From positions 49,212 through 113,211 of the forward strand of contig WLOP01000004.1 of assembly GCA_009699205.1 (NCBI GenBank): a stretch of 64,000 bases of DNA, in the 5' to 3' direction. The stretch's first letter is position 1. Each line of letters starts with the position of its first letter. This DNA comes from Actinomycetota bacterium. Its GTDB lineage: Bacteria > Actinomycetota > Actinomycetes > Nanopelagicales > Nanopelagicaceae. The notes below the pieces were generated by a model that saw only the letters and a program-made list of their open reading frames with translations, was not told the origin of the DNA and did no database searches. This document shows positions 37,140-47,132 of this stretch, piece after piece. The position numbers and the translations under genes are program-made.

Positions 37140-38309
37140 CTAATTAAAGCGAGAAATATCAAATGGTTGTAGATCTCGATCTACTTGCTCTCCATTAACC
37201 AACGCAGCAAGTACTTTGCCAAGCAGCGGTCCTGCCGATAAACCCATGTACGGGAACATCCCGATGTAGGCACCTTTATATCCAGGTACTTCACCGATTA
37301 TTGGCCGCTGATCTGGTGTTCCATTTCCGACGCCTATCCATGTTCTGATAATTCGCACGGGCGCAATAGAAGGAACAACCTTCACTGCAACGCGCATATT
37401 CGAACGTAAGGAATCTGGATTGAATACTGGGATCCCTTCGGAGTTGAAACGTGCGGGCCAACCGCCACCAATTAATAGCGAACCAGATTTGGCTTGCTTG
37501 AAAGTTAATTTCTCACCTGAAAAGTAAACAAGATGTTTTACCAACGGCTCAATAATCTCGGAGACGCTCACTTGTACGGGTTCGTCAGTAATCGGAAGAG
37601 TTAGTCCGAAATTCTTGCCCAACGTCGCCAACCCGGCATTAGATGTGAGGATTATTTTCTTGCACGTAAATTCACCATCAGATGTTGTTAAGCGATAGAT
37701 ATCACCATCTTTTACAATGGAGTGCACTGTTACCCCTGTAAAAATCTTTGCGCCATGCTTCTTTGCTGCAGCAGCAAAAGCTGGGGCGGCCAAAAGCGGA
37801 TTGGCTTTGCCTTCTATGGGAGAAAAAGCTGCACCCAGCATCTTCTCCGAAATATAGGGAGCTTTCTCTCGTAATTGATTTCCATCAAGTAGTTCGGCGG
37901 CAATCCCTAAGGTTTGTTCGAGTCTTACTTTTTCTGCCAACAAATCCATCTCTTGCTTTGTCTCGGCAACCATCAACCCGCCATTGCGAAACACTTCAAG
38001 ATCAGTCTCGAGCTCTGCTGATAGAGAGCCCCATATATCTAATGAATCTGCCATAAATTTCAATGCAGGCAAGAAACTCTTAGCCCACTCCATGCCCATC
38101 TGATGGAAAGCTTCAAATTGAATTTGGCCGTGCAAGCTTCCTGCATTGCGACCAGATGCTTGCGTGTTTAAATCGAATTGTTCACATAGCGCAATTTCGC
38201 AACCGCTCTTAGCGAGAAAATACGCTGCAGCAGTGCCGGCTATTCCGCCACCAACAATAATGTTTTCAAAATCGCGCTTTGTTTTAATTGCGCTCTTCTC
38301 TAAAAGCAT
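37140..38309 (-). CDS. FAD-dependent oxidoreductase, DAO family (opine oxidase B / HcnC / D-hydroxyproline dehydrogenase beta-like)
   Basis: 389 aa with the N-terminal dinucleotide fold NIIVGGGIAGTAAAYFLAKSG. The length and layout match the DAO family. Confidence 0.8.
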   Translation of the reverse strand: MLLEKSAIKTKRDFENIIVGGGIAGTAAAYFLAKSGCEIALCEQFDLNTQASGRNAGSLHGQIQFEAFHQMGMEWAKSFLPALKFMADSLDIWGSLSAELETDLEVFRNGGLMVAETKQEMDLLAEKVRLEQTLGIAAELLDGNQLREKAPYISEKMLGAAFSPIEGKANPLLAAPAFAAAAKKHGAKIFTGVTVHSIVKDGDIYRLTTSDGEFTCKKIILTSNAGLATLGKNFGLTLPITDEPVQVSVSEIIEPLVKHLVYFSGEKLTFKQAKSGSLLIGGGWPARFNSEGIPVFNPDSLRSNMRVAVKVVPSIAPVRIIRTWIGVGNGTPDQRPIIGEVPGYKGAYIGMFPYMGLSAGPLLGKVLAALVNGEQVDRDLQPFDISRFN

Positions 38310-38353
38310 ATTTCTATTATAGGGTCTACTTAAGCGAAATTAACATGAAATGA

Positions 38354-39298
38354 ATGAAGGAAAAAATGAGCCATGATTTCCGGGGAAGTTATTCTGTCTT
38401 AGTTACGCCCTTTACTTCCGATCGCAAACAAATCGATGAGGGTGCACTTAAATCATTCCTGGACTGGCAAATCAGTGTTGGGGTGCCCGGAGTAATTATG
38501 TTGGGTACGACTGGCGAATTTTTAACTCTTTCAGATGATGAACGCCGCCAAGTCGTAGATGTAACTGTCAAACACGTCAATAAGAGAATTCCTGTTTTAG
38601 TGGGAACAATGAATGCCTACACGCCAAATGCCGTTCGTTATAGCAAAGAAGCAGAAGAATTGGGGGCAGACGGGTTAATGATCCTGCCTCCTTATTACTA
38701 CACCCCTACCCATGACGAGATTTTCAACTACTACAAGGCAATCTGTGAAGCTATCCAGATTCCAATCATGATTTACAATAATCCGTATACATCTAATGTA
38801 GATATGCCTGCCAAGTTGATTGCGAGTTTGGCACGTAGGCTTGAGCAGATTCGCTACATCAAAGAAGCAAGTACCGATGTTGCTCGAGTGCGCGATGTAA
38901 TTGAAGAATCTGAAGGACTCGTAAAGGTATTTGCTGGCGAGCGCGTTGTTGATTCTTACCTATTAGGTGCAATTGGCTATGTAAATCCTTACGGTAACTA
39001 CATTCCTCACGCATCTTCAGAAATTTGTAACTTGATGGATGCCGGCCGCGTTGATGATGCTCGAAAAGTGCAAAGATTGATCGACAAGATTGATCACATC
39101 ATCGCTGAGGGGCACCCAACTTATGGGCACCAGTGTTATTCCAAGGCTCTGGCAGCACTTGCTGGCTACCCTGTTGGAGATGTGCGTCCGCCACTGACAA
39201 CTTTTTCTGAACTAGGTGCAGAAGGTGTTGCACGGGTCGAGAAAATTAAGCCACTTATGGCCCAGCTTGATACTTTGATGGCGGAGTTAGCTAAGTAA
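38354..39298 (+). CDS. DapA/NAL-family class I aldolase/lyase
   Basis: 314 aa with the GTTGEFLTLS motif. The Schiff-base lysine context is IRYIKEAS. Confidence 0.82.
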   Translation: MKEKMSHDFRGSYSVLVTPFTSDRKQIDEGALKSFLDWQISVGVPGVIMLGTTGEFLTLSDDERRQVVDVTVKHVNKRIPVLVGTMNAYTPNAVRYSKEAEELGADGLMILPPYYYTPTHDEIFNYYKAICEAIQIPIMIYNNPYTSNVDMPAKLIASLARRLEQIRYIKEASTDVARVRDVIEESEGLVKVFAGERVVDSYLLGAIGYVNPYGNYIPHASSEICNLMDAGRVDDARKVQRLIDKIDHIIAEGHPTYGHQCYSKALAALAGYPVGDVRPPLTTFSELGAEGVARVEKIKPLMAQLDTLMAELAK

Positions 39299-39301
39299 CT
39301 T

Positions 39302-40390
39302 TTACTGTGGCGAAGGACGTGGCGCAATTCTGCGAGCACGTTCAAATTGTTTCTGCCAAACAATCCTGACGCCCAGCTCTTCCGCGGCGGCCATCGGCCA
39401 GTGAGGGTCACGTAACATGGCCCGTCCTAGCATGACTGCGTCGGCTTGATCTGATTGCAGAATCTGTTCTGCTTGAGGGGCATCGGTGATTAAGCCAACA
39501 GCAGAAGTCAGAATTCCTGTTTCCTTCTTTATCTCTTCTGCAAACCGCACTTGATATCCGGGGCCTGTGGTGATTTTTGCATAATGGACGAGACCGCCAG
39601 TTGAAACATCCAAGAGATCCACACCGATTACTTTGAGAGCTTTGGCTAATTCAATCGAATCCTCTAGCGACCAGCCGCCATCTACCCAGTCTGTCGCTGA
39701 GATGCGGACAAAGAGCGGGTGTGATGCAGGAACAATGGCCCGAACTTTTGTCGCAACCTCGCATAAGAAGCGAATACGATTTTCGAGAGATCCGCCATAT
39801 TCATCGCTGCGCTCATTTGAAAGTGGCGACATGAATTGATGAAATAGGTAGCCATGGGCTGCATGCAGTTCGAGAACGTCAAATCCAACTTTTAGTGCGC
39901 GTTGGGCCGCTTGGACAAACTTTTCGGTGAGCGCATGAATCTCATCTACTGTCATTGCGTGTGGGACGGGGAAATCTTGGTAAGAAATTGCACTCGGTGC
40001 ATCAGTGATCCAGCCGCCTTCATCACTCGTTGCAATGACGTGATCATCCCAAGGCAACAGCGTTGAACCTTTACGTCCTGCATGTGCCAACTGGATTCCA
40101 ATTCGCGTACCCATGGAATGAGCAAAATTAACCATGGGAGCAAAAGCTTCAGCGTGCTTATCGCTCCACAAACCAGGGCATCCTGTAGAAATTCGCCCTT
40201 CCGGAACAACGCCAGTGGCTTCGACCATGACTAAGCCGGCTCCCCCAGATGCAAATGCACCAAGGTGGATGCGGTGCCATTCGCCGACAACTCCATCAAT
40301 AGATGAGTACTGGCACATTGGGCTCACCCAAACACGGTTAGAGAATTCCATATCCCTAATTTTCAAACTATCAAATATTGAATTGGCCAT
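39302..40390 (-). CDS. NADH:flavin oxidoreductase (Old Yellow Enzyme family)
   Basis: 362 aa with ..VSPMCQYS.. and ..LELHAAHGYLFHQFMSPLSN.., both typical of OYE/NamA-type enzymes. Confidence 0.88.
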   Translation of the reverse strand: MANSIFDSLKIRDMEFSNRVWVSPMCQYSSIDGVVGEWHRIHLGAFASGGAGLVMVEATGVVPEGRISTGCPGLWSDKHAEAFAPMVNFAHSMGTRIGIQLAHAGRKGSTLLPWDDHVIATSDEGGWITDAPSAISYQDFPVPHAMTVDEIHALTEKFVQAAQRALKVGFDVLELHAAHGYLFHQFMSPLSNERSDEYGGSLENRIRFLCEVATKVRAIVPASHPLFVRISATDWVDGGWSLEDSIELAKALKVIGVDLLDVSTGGLVHYAKITTGPGYQVRFAEEIKKETGILTSAVGLITDAPQAEQILQSDQADAVMLGRAMLRDPHWPMAAAEELGVRIVWQKQFERARRIAPRPSPQ

Positions 40391-40440
40391 GTTTTCATCT
40401 ACTCCGTTGATCGTTGGGTCTGCAGTTTTCTAACATTTCA

Positions 40441-41205
40441 TTACCGAACATATGTGGCGCCGTTGATATCAATTGTCGCTCCTGTGAGGTGGCGACACTT
40501 TCCGGTTGCTAGGAATACAACAAGATCGCCAACGTCACTGGTTGGGACAAGTTCTCCAAGTACAAGAGCTGCTTTCATTTTATCTTCACCACCACGTGCA
40601 ATTGCAGCGGCATCGGCCATTCGCGTCTTCACGATTCCTGGTGCGATGACATATGCGAAGATACCTTGCTTGGCGTAATTCTGCGCGACAGTTTGTGTTA
40701 CCGCTTTAGCGGCAGCTTTAGAAGCGGCATATGCTGAAAGTTCAGCGATAGCGGAGCCTCGTTGACCAGACCAGCTCGACATCGAAATCAAAATTCCACC
40801 ACCATTTGCTAGAAAGTGTTGAACTGCTTCTTTGATGAGATTAGAAGACTCAAAGACATTGACGCGCATGGTTGTTTCCCAATTCTCATCCCATATCTTG
40901 TTATCGCCAGTAAATGATGTATCTAAGTTGACTGCAGCGTTGTTGAGGACAATATCAACACGTCCTACTTTGGCTAGCGCTTTTATGAATAATTCGCGTC
41001 CACTACCTGGCACAGATAGATCTTCACCAATAAATACTTTGCGCTCCTCAGGAATATCCTTAAGAACTTCGCGAGCGCCTTCTTCGAAAGAACTAAAATG
41101 TGCAATCACCTTTGCTCCAGCGTCGGCTAGCGCTTTGGCAGAAGCAGCTCCGATACCACGCGAAGCACCAGTTACCAGCACTGTCTTGCCAGTTAAGTCA
41201 TACAT
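40441..41205 (-). CDS. SDR-family oxidoreductase
   Basis: 254 aa with TGASRGIG and the catalytic YAASKAA. It is a clear paralogue of 46365-47129. Confidence 0.88.
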   Translation of the reverse strand: MYDLTGKTVLVTGASRGIGAASAKALADAGAKVIAHFSSFEEGAREVLKDIPEERKVFIGEDLSVPGSGRELFIKALAKVGRVDIVLNNAAVNLDTSFTGDNKIWDENWETTMRVNVFESSNLIKEAVQHFLANGGGILISMSSWSGQRGSAIAELSAYAASKAAAKAVTQTVAQNYAKQGIFAYVIAPGIVKTRMADAAAIARGGEDKMKAALVLGELVPTSDVGDLVVFLATGKCRHLTGATIDINGATYVR

Positions 41206-41223
41206 GCGATTTCCTCACTTTAG

Positions 41224-41991
41224 TTACATCACTCCAGCATCAACATTGACAATTTGTCCTGTAATCCCGTTGGCCAATTCACTGCTTAAGAAAAGAACGG
41301 TATTGGCTACATCTTCGGCAGTGGCCAGACGTCCCAGCGCCGTTGATTGAGCAAGTCGCTCTAGGGCCTCATCAAATACTTTTTCATCGCCCGCACTGCG
41401 AGTTTTAACCCGCGACAAGAGAGCTTCCGTTGCAATAGGTCCTGGAGCGATCGCATTAACTCGGATTCCACTCTTACCAAAATCAATAGCAGCAGAGCGA
41501 ACGATTCCGAGCGCGGCATGCTTGCTCGCGACATAAGGCACTATGTTGCCATCGCCTTTCCAGGCATTGAGAGACGCGGTAACCACTACGCATCCGCCAG
41601 GTTTGCGAAGTAAATCAAAACTTTCCTTAAGTGTTGCAAAGAGCGCGCGTGAGTTAAGCGCCATCACTTCATCCCACACTTGCATGGATGTTGTAGCAAT
41701 CGAAGACCAACTTGGGACTCTTCCTGCATTCGCAAGTAACACATCAATTGCACGAAATTCTTCTGGAATTGATGCAAATGCGTTTTTAGTTGAATTGTCA
41801 TCGGTGAGATCACAATGAATATAAATCCAACCTATTGGTAATTCATTTGGTGCAATTACATCTATCACAACACCTGTTGCGCCCTGCGAACTAAATGTGC
41901 GCATCATCATTTCTCCGAGGCCGCGAGCACCGCCTGTCAATAAAACACGTTTACCAATCATCGAAATGTTCGGCATACGCACCTCTTTCAT
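41224..41991 (-). CDS. SDR-family oxidoreductase
   Basis: It has LTGGARGLG and YVASKHA. The true start may be the ATG at 41976 or 41961. Confidence 0.85.
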   Translation of the reverse strand: MKEVRMPNISMIGKRVLLTGGARGLGEMMMRTFSSQGATGVVIDVIAPNELPIGWIYIHCDLTDDNSTKNAFASIPEEFRAIDVLLANAGRVPSWSSIATTSMQVWDEVMALNSRALFATLKESFDLLRKPGGCVVVTASLNAWKGDGNIVPYVASKHAALGIVRSAAIDFGKSGIRVNAIAPGPIATEALLSRVKTRSAGDEKVFDEALERLAQSTALGRLATAEDVANTVLFLSSELANGITGQIVNVDAGVM

Positions 41992-42102
41992 CGAAGAATA
42001 AGTTTCTTGAATATTATCTTTCCCTCACAACATATATCAGTTATATTCTAGTCAAGAAATTAATATATGGAAGGTTTCTCAACACGTGATAATCGGAGAT
42101 AA

Positions 42103-42909
42103 ATGAGTAAGTTCAAAAGTCTCGAAGAGGCTATTAAGGAACTTGTTCATGATGGCGACACAATCGCCATGGAAGGTTTCACGCACCTCATTCCATTTGC
42201 TGCTGCTAATGAAATCATTCGACAAGGCTTAAGTGATTTAACACTTGTGCGCATGACGCCCGATTTAATTTATGATCGTTTAATTGGCGCAGGCTGCGCA
42301 TCAAAATTAGTTTTCTCATGGGGTGGAAATCCTGGAGTTGGCTCTCTCAATCGCTTTCGTGATGCTGTTCAAAATGGCTGGCCTAAACCTTTAGAGATCG
42401 AAGAACACACACACGCCGGACTTTCTAATCGTTATCTAGCTGGCGCAACAGGCCTTCCATTTGCAGTGATACGCGGATATCAGGGCACAGATCTTATTAG
42501 CGTCACAAATAACGTAGCTGAAATTACCTGCCCCTTCACAGGCGAACGACTAACCGCTGTAGCTGCCCTTAATCCAGATGTGACAATCATTCACGCCCAA
42601 CAAGCCGATCGTGAAGGAAATATCTGCTTGTGGGGAATTACAGGAATTCAAAAGGAAGCAGCACTCGCGGCTAAAAAAGTAATCGTGACAGTCGAAGAAG
42701 TTGTCGATGCTTTTGCGCCACGATCCAACTCAACAGTCATTCCATCATTTGTAGTTTCGGCGATTGCGATTGCTCCACACGGAGCAAGCCCTTCATACGC
42801 CTTGGATTATTACATCCGTGATAACGATGCCTACATTGCCTGGAATGCAATTAGCAAAGAACGTGAAAGTTTCGAAGCCTGGCTAGTGAGTGAAGGGCTA
42901 CGTAAGTGA
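42103..42909 (+). CDS. class I CoA-transferase subunit A (glutaconate-CoA-transferase-like)
   Basis: 268 aa with the N-terminus ..SLEEAIKELVHDGDTIAMEGF.., typical of alpha subunits. A 4-nt overlap joins it to the subunit B gene. Confidence 0.85.
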   Translation: MSKFKSLEEAIKELVHDGDTIAMEGFTHLIPFAAANEIIRQGLSDLTLVRMTPDLIYDRLIGAGCASKLVFSWGGNPGVGSLNRFRDAVQNGWPKPLEIEEHTHAGLSNRYLAGATGLPFAVIRGYQGTDLISVTNNVAEITCPFTGERLTAVAALNPDVTIIHAQQADREGNICLWGITGIQKEAALAAKKVIVTVEEVVDAFAPRSNSTVIPSFVVSAIAIAPHGASPSYALDYYIRDNDAYIAWNAISKERESFEAWLVSEGLRK

Positions 42910-43673
42910 CTCAAGAGCAAAGCTGGAGCGCCGATGAGATGATGACCGTTTCAGCGGCACGCACACTTAAGAATGGTGATTCCTGCTTTGTTGGAATCGG
43001 CATACCAAGCACCGCAGCAATCTTGGCTAAAGCAACTCACGCACCCGACCTTGTACTTATTTACGAATCCGGCACGATTGATACAAATCCAACGCGCCTT
43101 CCTCTCTCTATTGGAGATGGCGAATTAGCCCAAACTGCGCTTACTGTTGTAAGCATCCCTGAGATTTTCAATTACTGGCTCCAACCTGGTCGAATCAAGA
43201 TCGGGTTCCTTGGCGCAGCTCAAGTAGATAAATTCGGAAATATCAATACAACATTTATTGGTGGCACATACAAGAACCCCACAGTCCGCCTACCTGGCGC
43301 AGGTGGCGCAACTGAGATTGCTGGCGCTTGCCAAGATACGACGATTATCTGCCGTCAGAGCACTCGCACATTCCTAGAGAAGATCGATTTCATTACCTCT
43401 GTCGGATATGGCAGTGGACCAAATTCGCGAAAATCTTATGGACTTATCGGTAACGGCCCAACAACTGTCATCACCGACTTAGGAATCCTCGAACCTGATC
43501 CAGATAGTTGCGAATTAACGCTTACAAAGATCCATCAAAACGTAGATGTTGACGCCGTCATTGCTGCCACCGGTTGGAAATTAAAGATTTCCAAGGATTT
43601 AGAAGTAACAACACCGCCGACAGATCAAGAATTGCTCTTTCTACGCAAACTCAATCCGCCTAAAAAGAGTTAA
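42906..43673 (+). CDS. class I CoA-transferase subunit B
   Basis: 255 aa. It has the IYESG motif, with Glu at residue 54 by my count. Confidence 0.85.
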   Translation: MTQEQSWSADEMMTVSAARTLKNGDSCFVGIGIPSTAAILAKATHAPDLVLIYESGTIDTNPTRLPLSIGDGELAQTALTVVSIPEIFNYWLQPGRIKIGFLGAAQVDKFGNINTTFIGGTYKNPTVRLPGAGGATEIAGACQDTTIICRQSTRTFLEKIDFITSVGYGSGPNSRKSYGLIGNGPTTVITDLGILEPDPDSCELTLTKIHQNVDVDAVIAATGWKLKISKDLEVTTPPTDQELLFLRKLNPPKKS

Positions 43674-44540
43674 CTACGATTTAGCCCTTGCAGAAATTGC
43701 AAGATAGGTGCCTGTAACAATCAATGGAAAACTTGCCAGTATCCCGGTTGTCATCGGTTCATTTGCAACGAGTACTCCTACAAGTACTGCGACCATTGGA
43801 TTGGTAAATGCTAGGTAAGTAGTTCTAATCGGCCCCACTTCTCTGATGAGTTCAAAGAAAATCCAAAATGCCAACGCGGTACAAAGTGAGCCAATTACGA
43901 GAGCTGCAAGAATGATTCGTAGGTTTATCCCGTGATCTGGCCACGTTGCAATTGCAGGAACGCTCCAGAAAATAGAAGTGATAAGTACCGTTAAAGAAAC
44001 TGCACCTAAAGATGGCACATCTTTCAGATGGCGATTTACGACTCGCGGTGAATACGCATAGCCACATGTACCAATCAATACCATCGCCACTGCTGTCATA
44101 TTGATGCGCCCGCTGAGGCTATCAAAACCAATCAAAGTACCAACGCCAAGCAAGCCAAGAAGTAGACCAGCGATTCCTCGCTTACTAAATACTTGTTTGT
44201 CGCCTGATACAAATGCATAAAAGAGTCCAATAATCGGAATCGCGGTCATCATTAAGCCAGTAAATGCCGAATCAAGATGGCGTTGTGCGAAGTTCGTTAA
44301 GCCCCAGGGAATCGTCATCTGCGCAAGCGCAAAGACAAGAACCCATCGCCAACTCTTGAGCGCTTTTCGGAATTCACCTGATCGCCAAGTAAAGGGCAAT
44401 AAAATCGCGGCAGCGATTCCGGCGCGAAGGAAAACAATTGTGCTCGGTGAAAAAGCTGTAAGCAAATACTTCGTCAACCAAAACGGGATGCCCCAAATCA
44501 AGGAGTTAGAAAGAAAAAGAACCCATCCTCTTTTGCTCAT
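43674..44540 (-). CDS. DMT/EamA-family transporter
   Basis: 288 aa with ten TM segments. A 4-nt overlap joins it to the upstream flavoprotein gene. Confidence 0.8.
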   Translation of the reverse strand: MSKRGWVLFLSNSLIWGIPFWLTKYLLTAFSPSTIVFLRAGIAAAILLPFTWRSGEFRKALKSWRWVLVFALAQMTIPWGLTNFAQRHLDSAFTGLMMTAIPIIGLFYAFVSGDKQVFSKRGIAGLLLGLLGVGTLIGFDSLSGRINMTAVAMVLIGTCGYAYSPRVVNRHLKDVPSLGAVSLTVLITSIFWSVPAIATWPDHGINLRIILAALVIGSLCTALAFWIFFELIREVGPIRTTYLAFTNPMVAVLVGVLVANEPMTTGILASFPLIVTGTYLAISARAKS

Positions 44541-46276
44541 TTTTGTATGACTGACTCGGCAATTATTCCAATGGCAGTAGGTTTAAAAGGTGCCTGCGGT
44601 GCAAAGCCGGAGTACTCGGAGGGTATTTCGCCCGCATTTTCTGCAGTTTTACTTACAACGAAAGAGGTGCAATACCTGCCCTGGCATATACCCATGCCAG
44701 CGCGTGAGACTCGTTTGAGGGCACCAGCGGTACGCAGTTCCTCTGATATCTGCCCAGAGATTTCGCTTTTGCTCAGTGATAGACATCGACAAATAATCGT
44801 TGACGGTTCGTTCAATTCATCAAGTGAAATTGTTCCACTGAAAACTTTCCAAAGTTTACTTTGGAATTTCACATTCCTTCTATAACTTCGACTTGCTTTC
44901 TTCTTTTCCTGTAGTAGCTGTGAAGATATTGTCTTACTGCTACCGAGTAGAATCGAATACCCGGCGAGTACTCCCACGGCCTTTGCCACCTGAGCGCCAG
45001 CAACTCCACCGCTATCTCCGATGACGTAAACGTTCTTTATGCTTGTGCGTCCATAGCCATCACGCACAACTTGCAGTGTTTGACTCTTTTGATCAAATTC
45101 ATGTTTGCACCCGAGCGAGCGCGCAATTTCATTTGATGGCATAAATCCAAACCCAAGAGCTAACGCATCTATTGAAAAGATCTTGACGCTATTAGATGAT
45201 GTGCAGCCATCGCTTCCTATTTTCTTGACCTCGATTTGCTTGATAGATTCTTCTCCGCTGACTCGGGTGACCGCCTGCGAAAGGAGGATGGGGACCTTAG
45301 CCTTTGCTAACGTGAAGAAGTACCCGATGCCGTTGAAAACTAACTTGGGTGAATACCAAGCAAGTGCGAGCGATGTCAGCGCATTCTTGATACGGAATGG
45401 ATTGCTCAGCTCAGCAAGTCCTTCTACTTTCACTCCCGCACGCACAAGTTCAGCAGCCATTTGAATATTGAGTGGCCCGTTTCCAGAAATAAATACGCGC
45501 GAACCTAAGGGCACTTGATAAGAACGCAAGAGCGTTTGAGCAGCGCCAGTTGTCATAACACCAGGAAGCGTCCAACCTGGAATCTGAAATCCTTTTTCAT
45601 ATGCACCTGTTGCGATTACCAGGTTCTTTGGCCGCAGAACCCATCGCGAAGTTGCGCTGGCGGCAACAAGATGATCTGGCGCAAATGCACCCCAGATAGT
45701 GGCTCCGCTTAATATCTCAACTCCAGCAGCCTTTACTCGCGCAATCAGCGCCCTGCCTTCGCGGAATTGAGCATCGAGGTGCCCTTCATCAAGAAATGCA
45801 TCAGCAGGTTGCTTGAAGTATTGCCCTCCGAGTTTTCCTCGCTCATCAATGAGTAGAACGCGCAAACCTGCTTCAGCGCTCACTGCAGCTGCCGCTAAAC
45901 CTGCGGGACCTGCGCCGATTACTAAAAGGTCGGGTGCGATTTCTAATTCAGGAAGTGCGACTGCCGAACTTGTAGCAACGTGTGCTGCTGCAGGTTGTCG
46001 TGATACTTCATCACCATCACAAACTGAAGTCATGCAGGCGAGCTTTCCAGAATCACCGTTGACAACAATTGCGCATTCATTGCATACGCCCATACCGCAG
46101 TAAAGTCCGCGGCGCGATCCATCAAGACTTTCCTTTAAATCATAAATTCCTGCGCTCGTTAATGCAGATGCAAAACTATCTCCATCTTTAGCCAAAACTT
46201 TTTCGCCGGCAAAGTTAAATGAAATATTCCGCGCGCTATCTCGCTTAGTAGGTTTTGCAACCACGCGCGCCTCCAA
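44537..46276 (-). CDS. fused [2Fe-2S] / FAD-NAD(P) pyridine-nucleotide-disulfide oxidoreductase / BFD-like [2Fe-2S] protein (opine oxidase A, HcnA+HcnB-like)
   Basis: 579 aa. The N-terminus is ..GLYCGMGVCNECAIVVNG...LACMTSVCDGD (Fer2_4-like). It also has the dinucleotide fold LLVIGAGPAGLAAA and a C-terminal CRC...CQGRYC BFD-like cluster. Confidence 0.8.
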   Translation of the reverse strand: MEARVVAKPTKRDSARNISFNFAGEKVLAKDGDSFASALTSAGIYDLKESLDGSRRGLYCGMGVCNECAIVVNGDSGKLACMTSVCDGDEVSRQPAAAHVATSSAVALPELEIAPDLLVIGAGPAGLAAAAVSAEAGLRVLLIDERGKLGGQYFKQPADAFLDEGHLDAQFREGRALIARVKAAGVEILSGATIWGAFAPDHLVAASATSRWVLRPKNLVIATGAYEKGFQIPGWTLPGVMTTGAAQTLLRSYQVPLGSRVFISGNGPLNIQMAAELVRAGVKVEGLAELSNPFRIKNALTSLALAWYSPKLVFNGIGYFFTLAKAKVPILLSQAVTRVSGEESIKQIEVKKIGSDGCTSSNSVKIFSIDALALGFGFMPSNEIARSLGCKHEFDQKSQTLQVVRDGYGRTSIKNVYVIGDSGGVAGAQVAKAVGVLAGYSILLGSSKTISSQLLQEKKKASRSYRRNVKFQSKLWKVFSGTISLDELNEPSTIICRCLSLSKSEISGQISEELRTAGALKRVSRAGMGICQGRYCTSFVVSKTAENAGEIPSEYSGFAPQAPFKPTAIGIIAESVIQK

Positions 46277-46364
46277 GGTTTCTCATCTATTGCTAAATAT
46301 GCTTGTTATCTCTTAACCTTGACTCTACGAGGTTTATAGAGTTTATTCTAGAAGGGCAATAGCC

Positions 46365-47129
46365 ATGGGAAGTTTAAGCGGAAAAACAATTCTCTTAACT
46401 GGTGCATCTAAAGGAATTGGTTGTGCGACTGCCGAACTTCTAGGCGAAGAGGGCGCATTCGTTATTGCTCACTATGGATCAGATCGTCAAGGTGCAATCG
46501 AGGCAACGAAAGATATTGCCGATGATCATAAACTCTTATTGCAAGCCGACCTTGCACATCCTGTAAGTGCGCGCAAACTTTGGCAAGAGGCACTTGCTTG
46601 GCGTGGAAGCATCGACGTCGTCGTCGCAAACGCAGCGATTATGCCCGAAGCTGCTTTTACAGATTCGGATGAACTTTGGGATTCAACCTGGGAATCAGCT
46701 CTAGCTGTAAATGCAACTGCTCCTGCGCTTTTGCTTCGAGAAGCTGTTAACTATTTTCTTAAGAATTCTGGCGGCACCATCATCGGTATCTCCAGTTGGG
46801 CCGCCCAACGAGGGTCAGGAAATGTGAAATTAGGAGCGTATTCCGCATCTAAGGCCGCTATTGCAGCGCTCGTGAAAACAATTGCCCGCGCCTATGGCCG
46901 TGACGGAATATATGCCTATTTAATTTCTCCGGGTGTTGTCCGCACTGGGATGTCTGTAACTTCGGCGATTACCCAAGGTGGCGAAGATAAAATCACCGCC
47001 ACTTTAGCAATGGGAGAATGGGTTCCACCTAGAGAGATTGCCGAGATGGTTGCATTTCTAGCAACTGGAAAGAACAAACATCTTTCAGGCAGCACCATTG
47101 ATATCAATGGGGCCTCTTATATACGCTAA
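46365..47129 (+). CDS. SDR-family oxidoreductase
   Basis: 254 aa with TGASKGIG and YSASKAA. It is collinear with 40441-41205 over its full length. Confidence 0.88.
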   Translation: MGSLSGKTILLTGASKGIGCATAELLGEEGAFVIAHYGSDRQGAIEATKDIADDHKLLLQADLAHPVSARKLWQEALAWRGSIDVVVANAAIMPEAAFTDSDELWDSTWESALAVNATAPALLLREAVNYFLKNSGGTIIGISSWAAQRGSGNVKLGAYSASKAAIAALVKTIARAYGRDGIYAYLISPGVVRTGMSVTSAITQGGEDKITATLAMGEWVPPREIAEMVAFLATGKNKHLSGSTIDINGASYIR

Positions 47130-47132
47130 GAA

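Noticed and set aside
41994-42058. TTCT/AGAA-type inverted repeats in three promoter gaps of the catabolic cluster, considered as a shared operator. They are AAGAA-N5-TTCTT at 41994-42008, TTCT-N5-AGAA at 42046-42058, TTCTAGAA at 46346-46353 and TATTCT-N10-AGAATA at 50891-50912.
   Set aside because: The half-site spacing differs at every site (0, 5 and 10 nt). The arms are only 4-6 bp long and sit in AT-rich DNA, so chance similarity is the simpler explanation.
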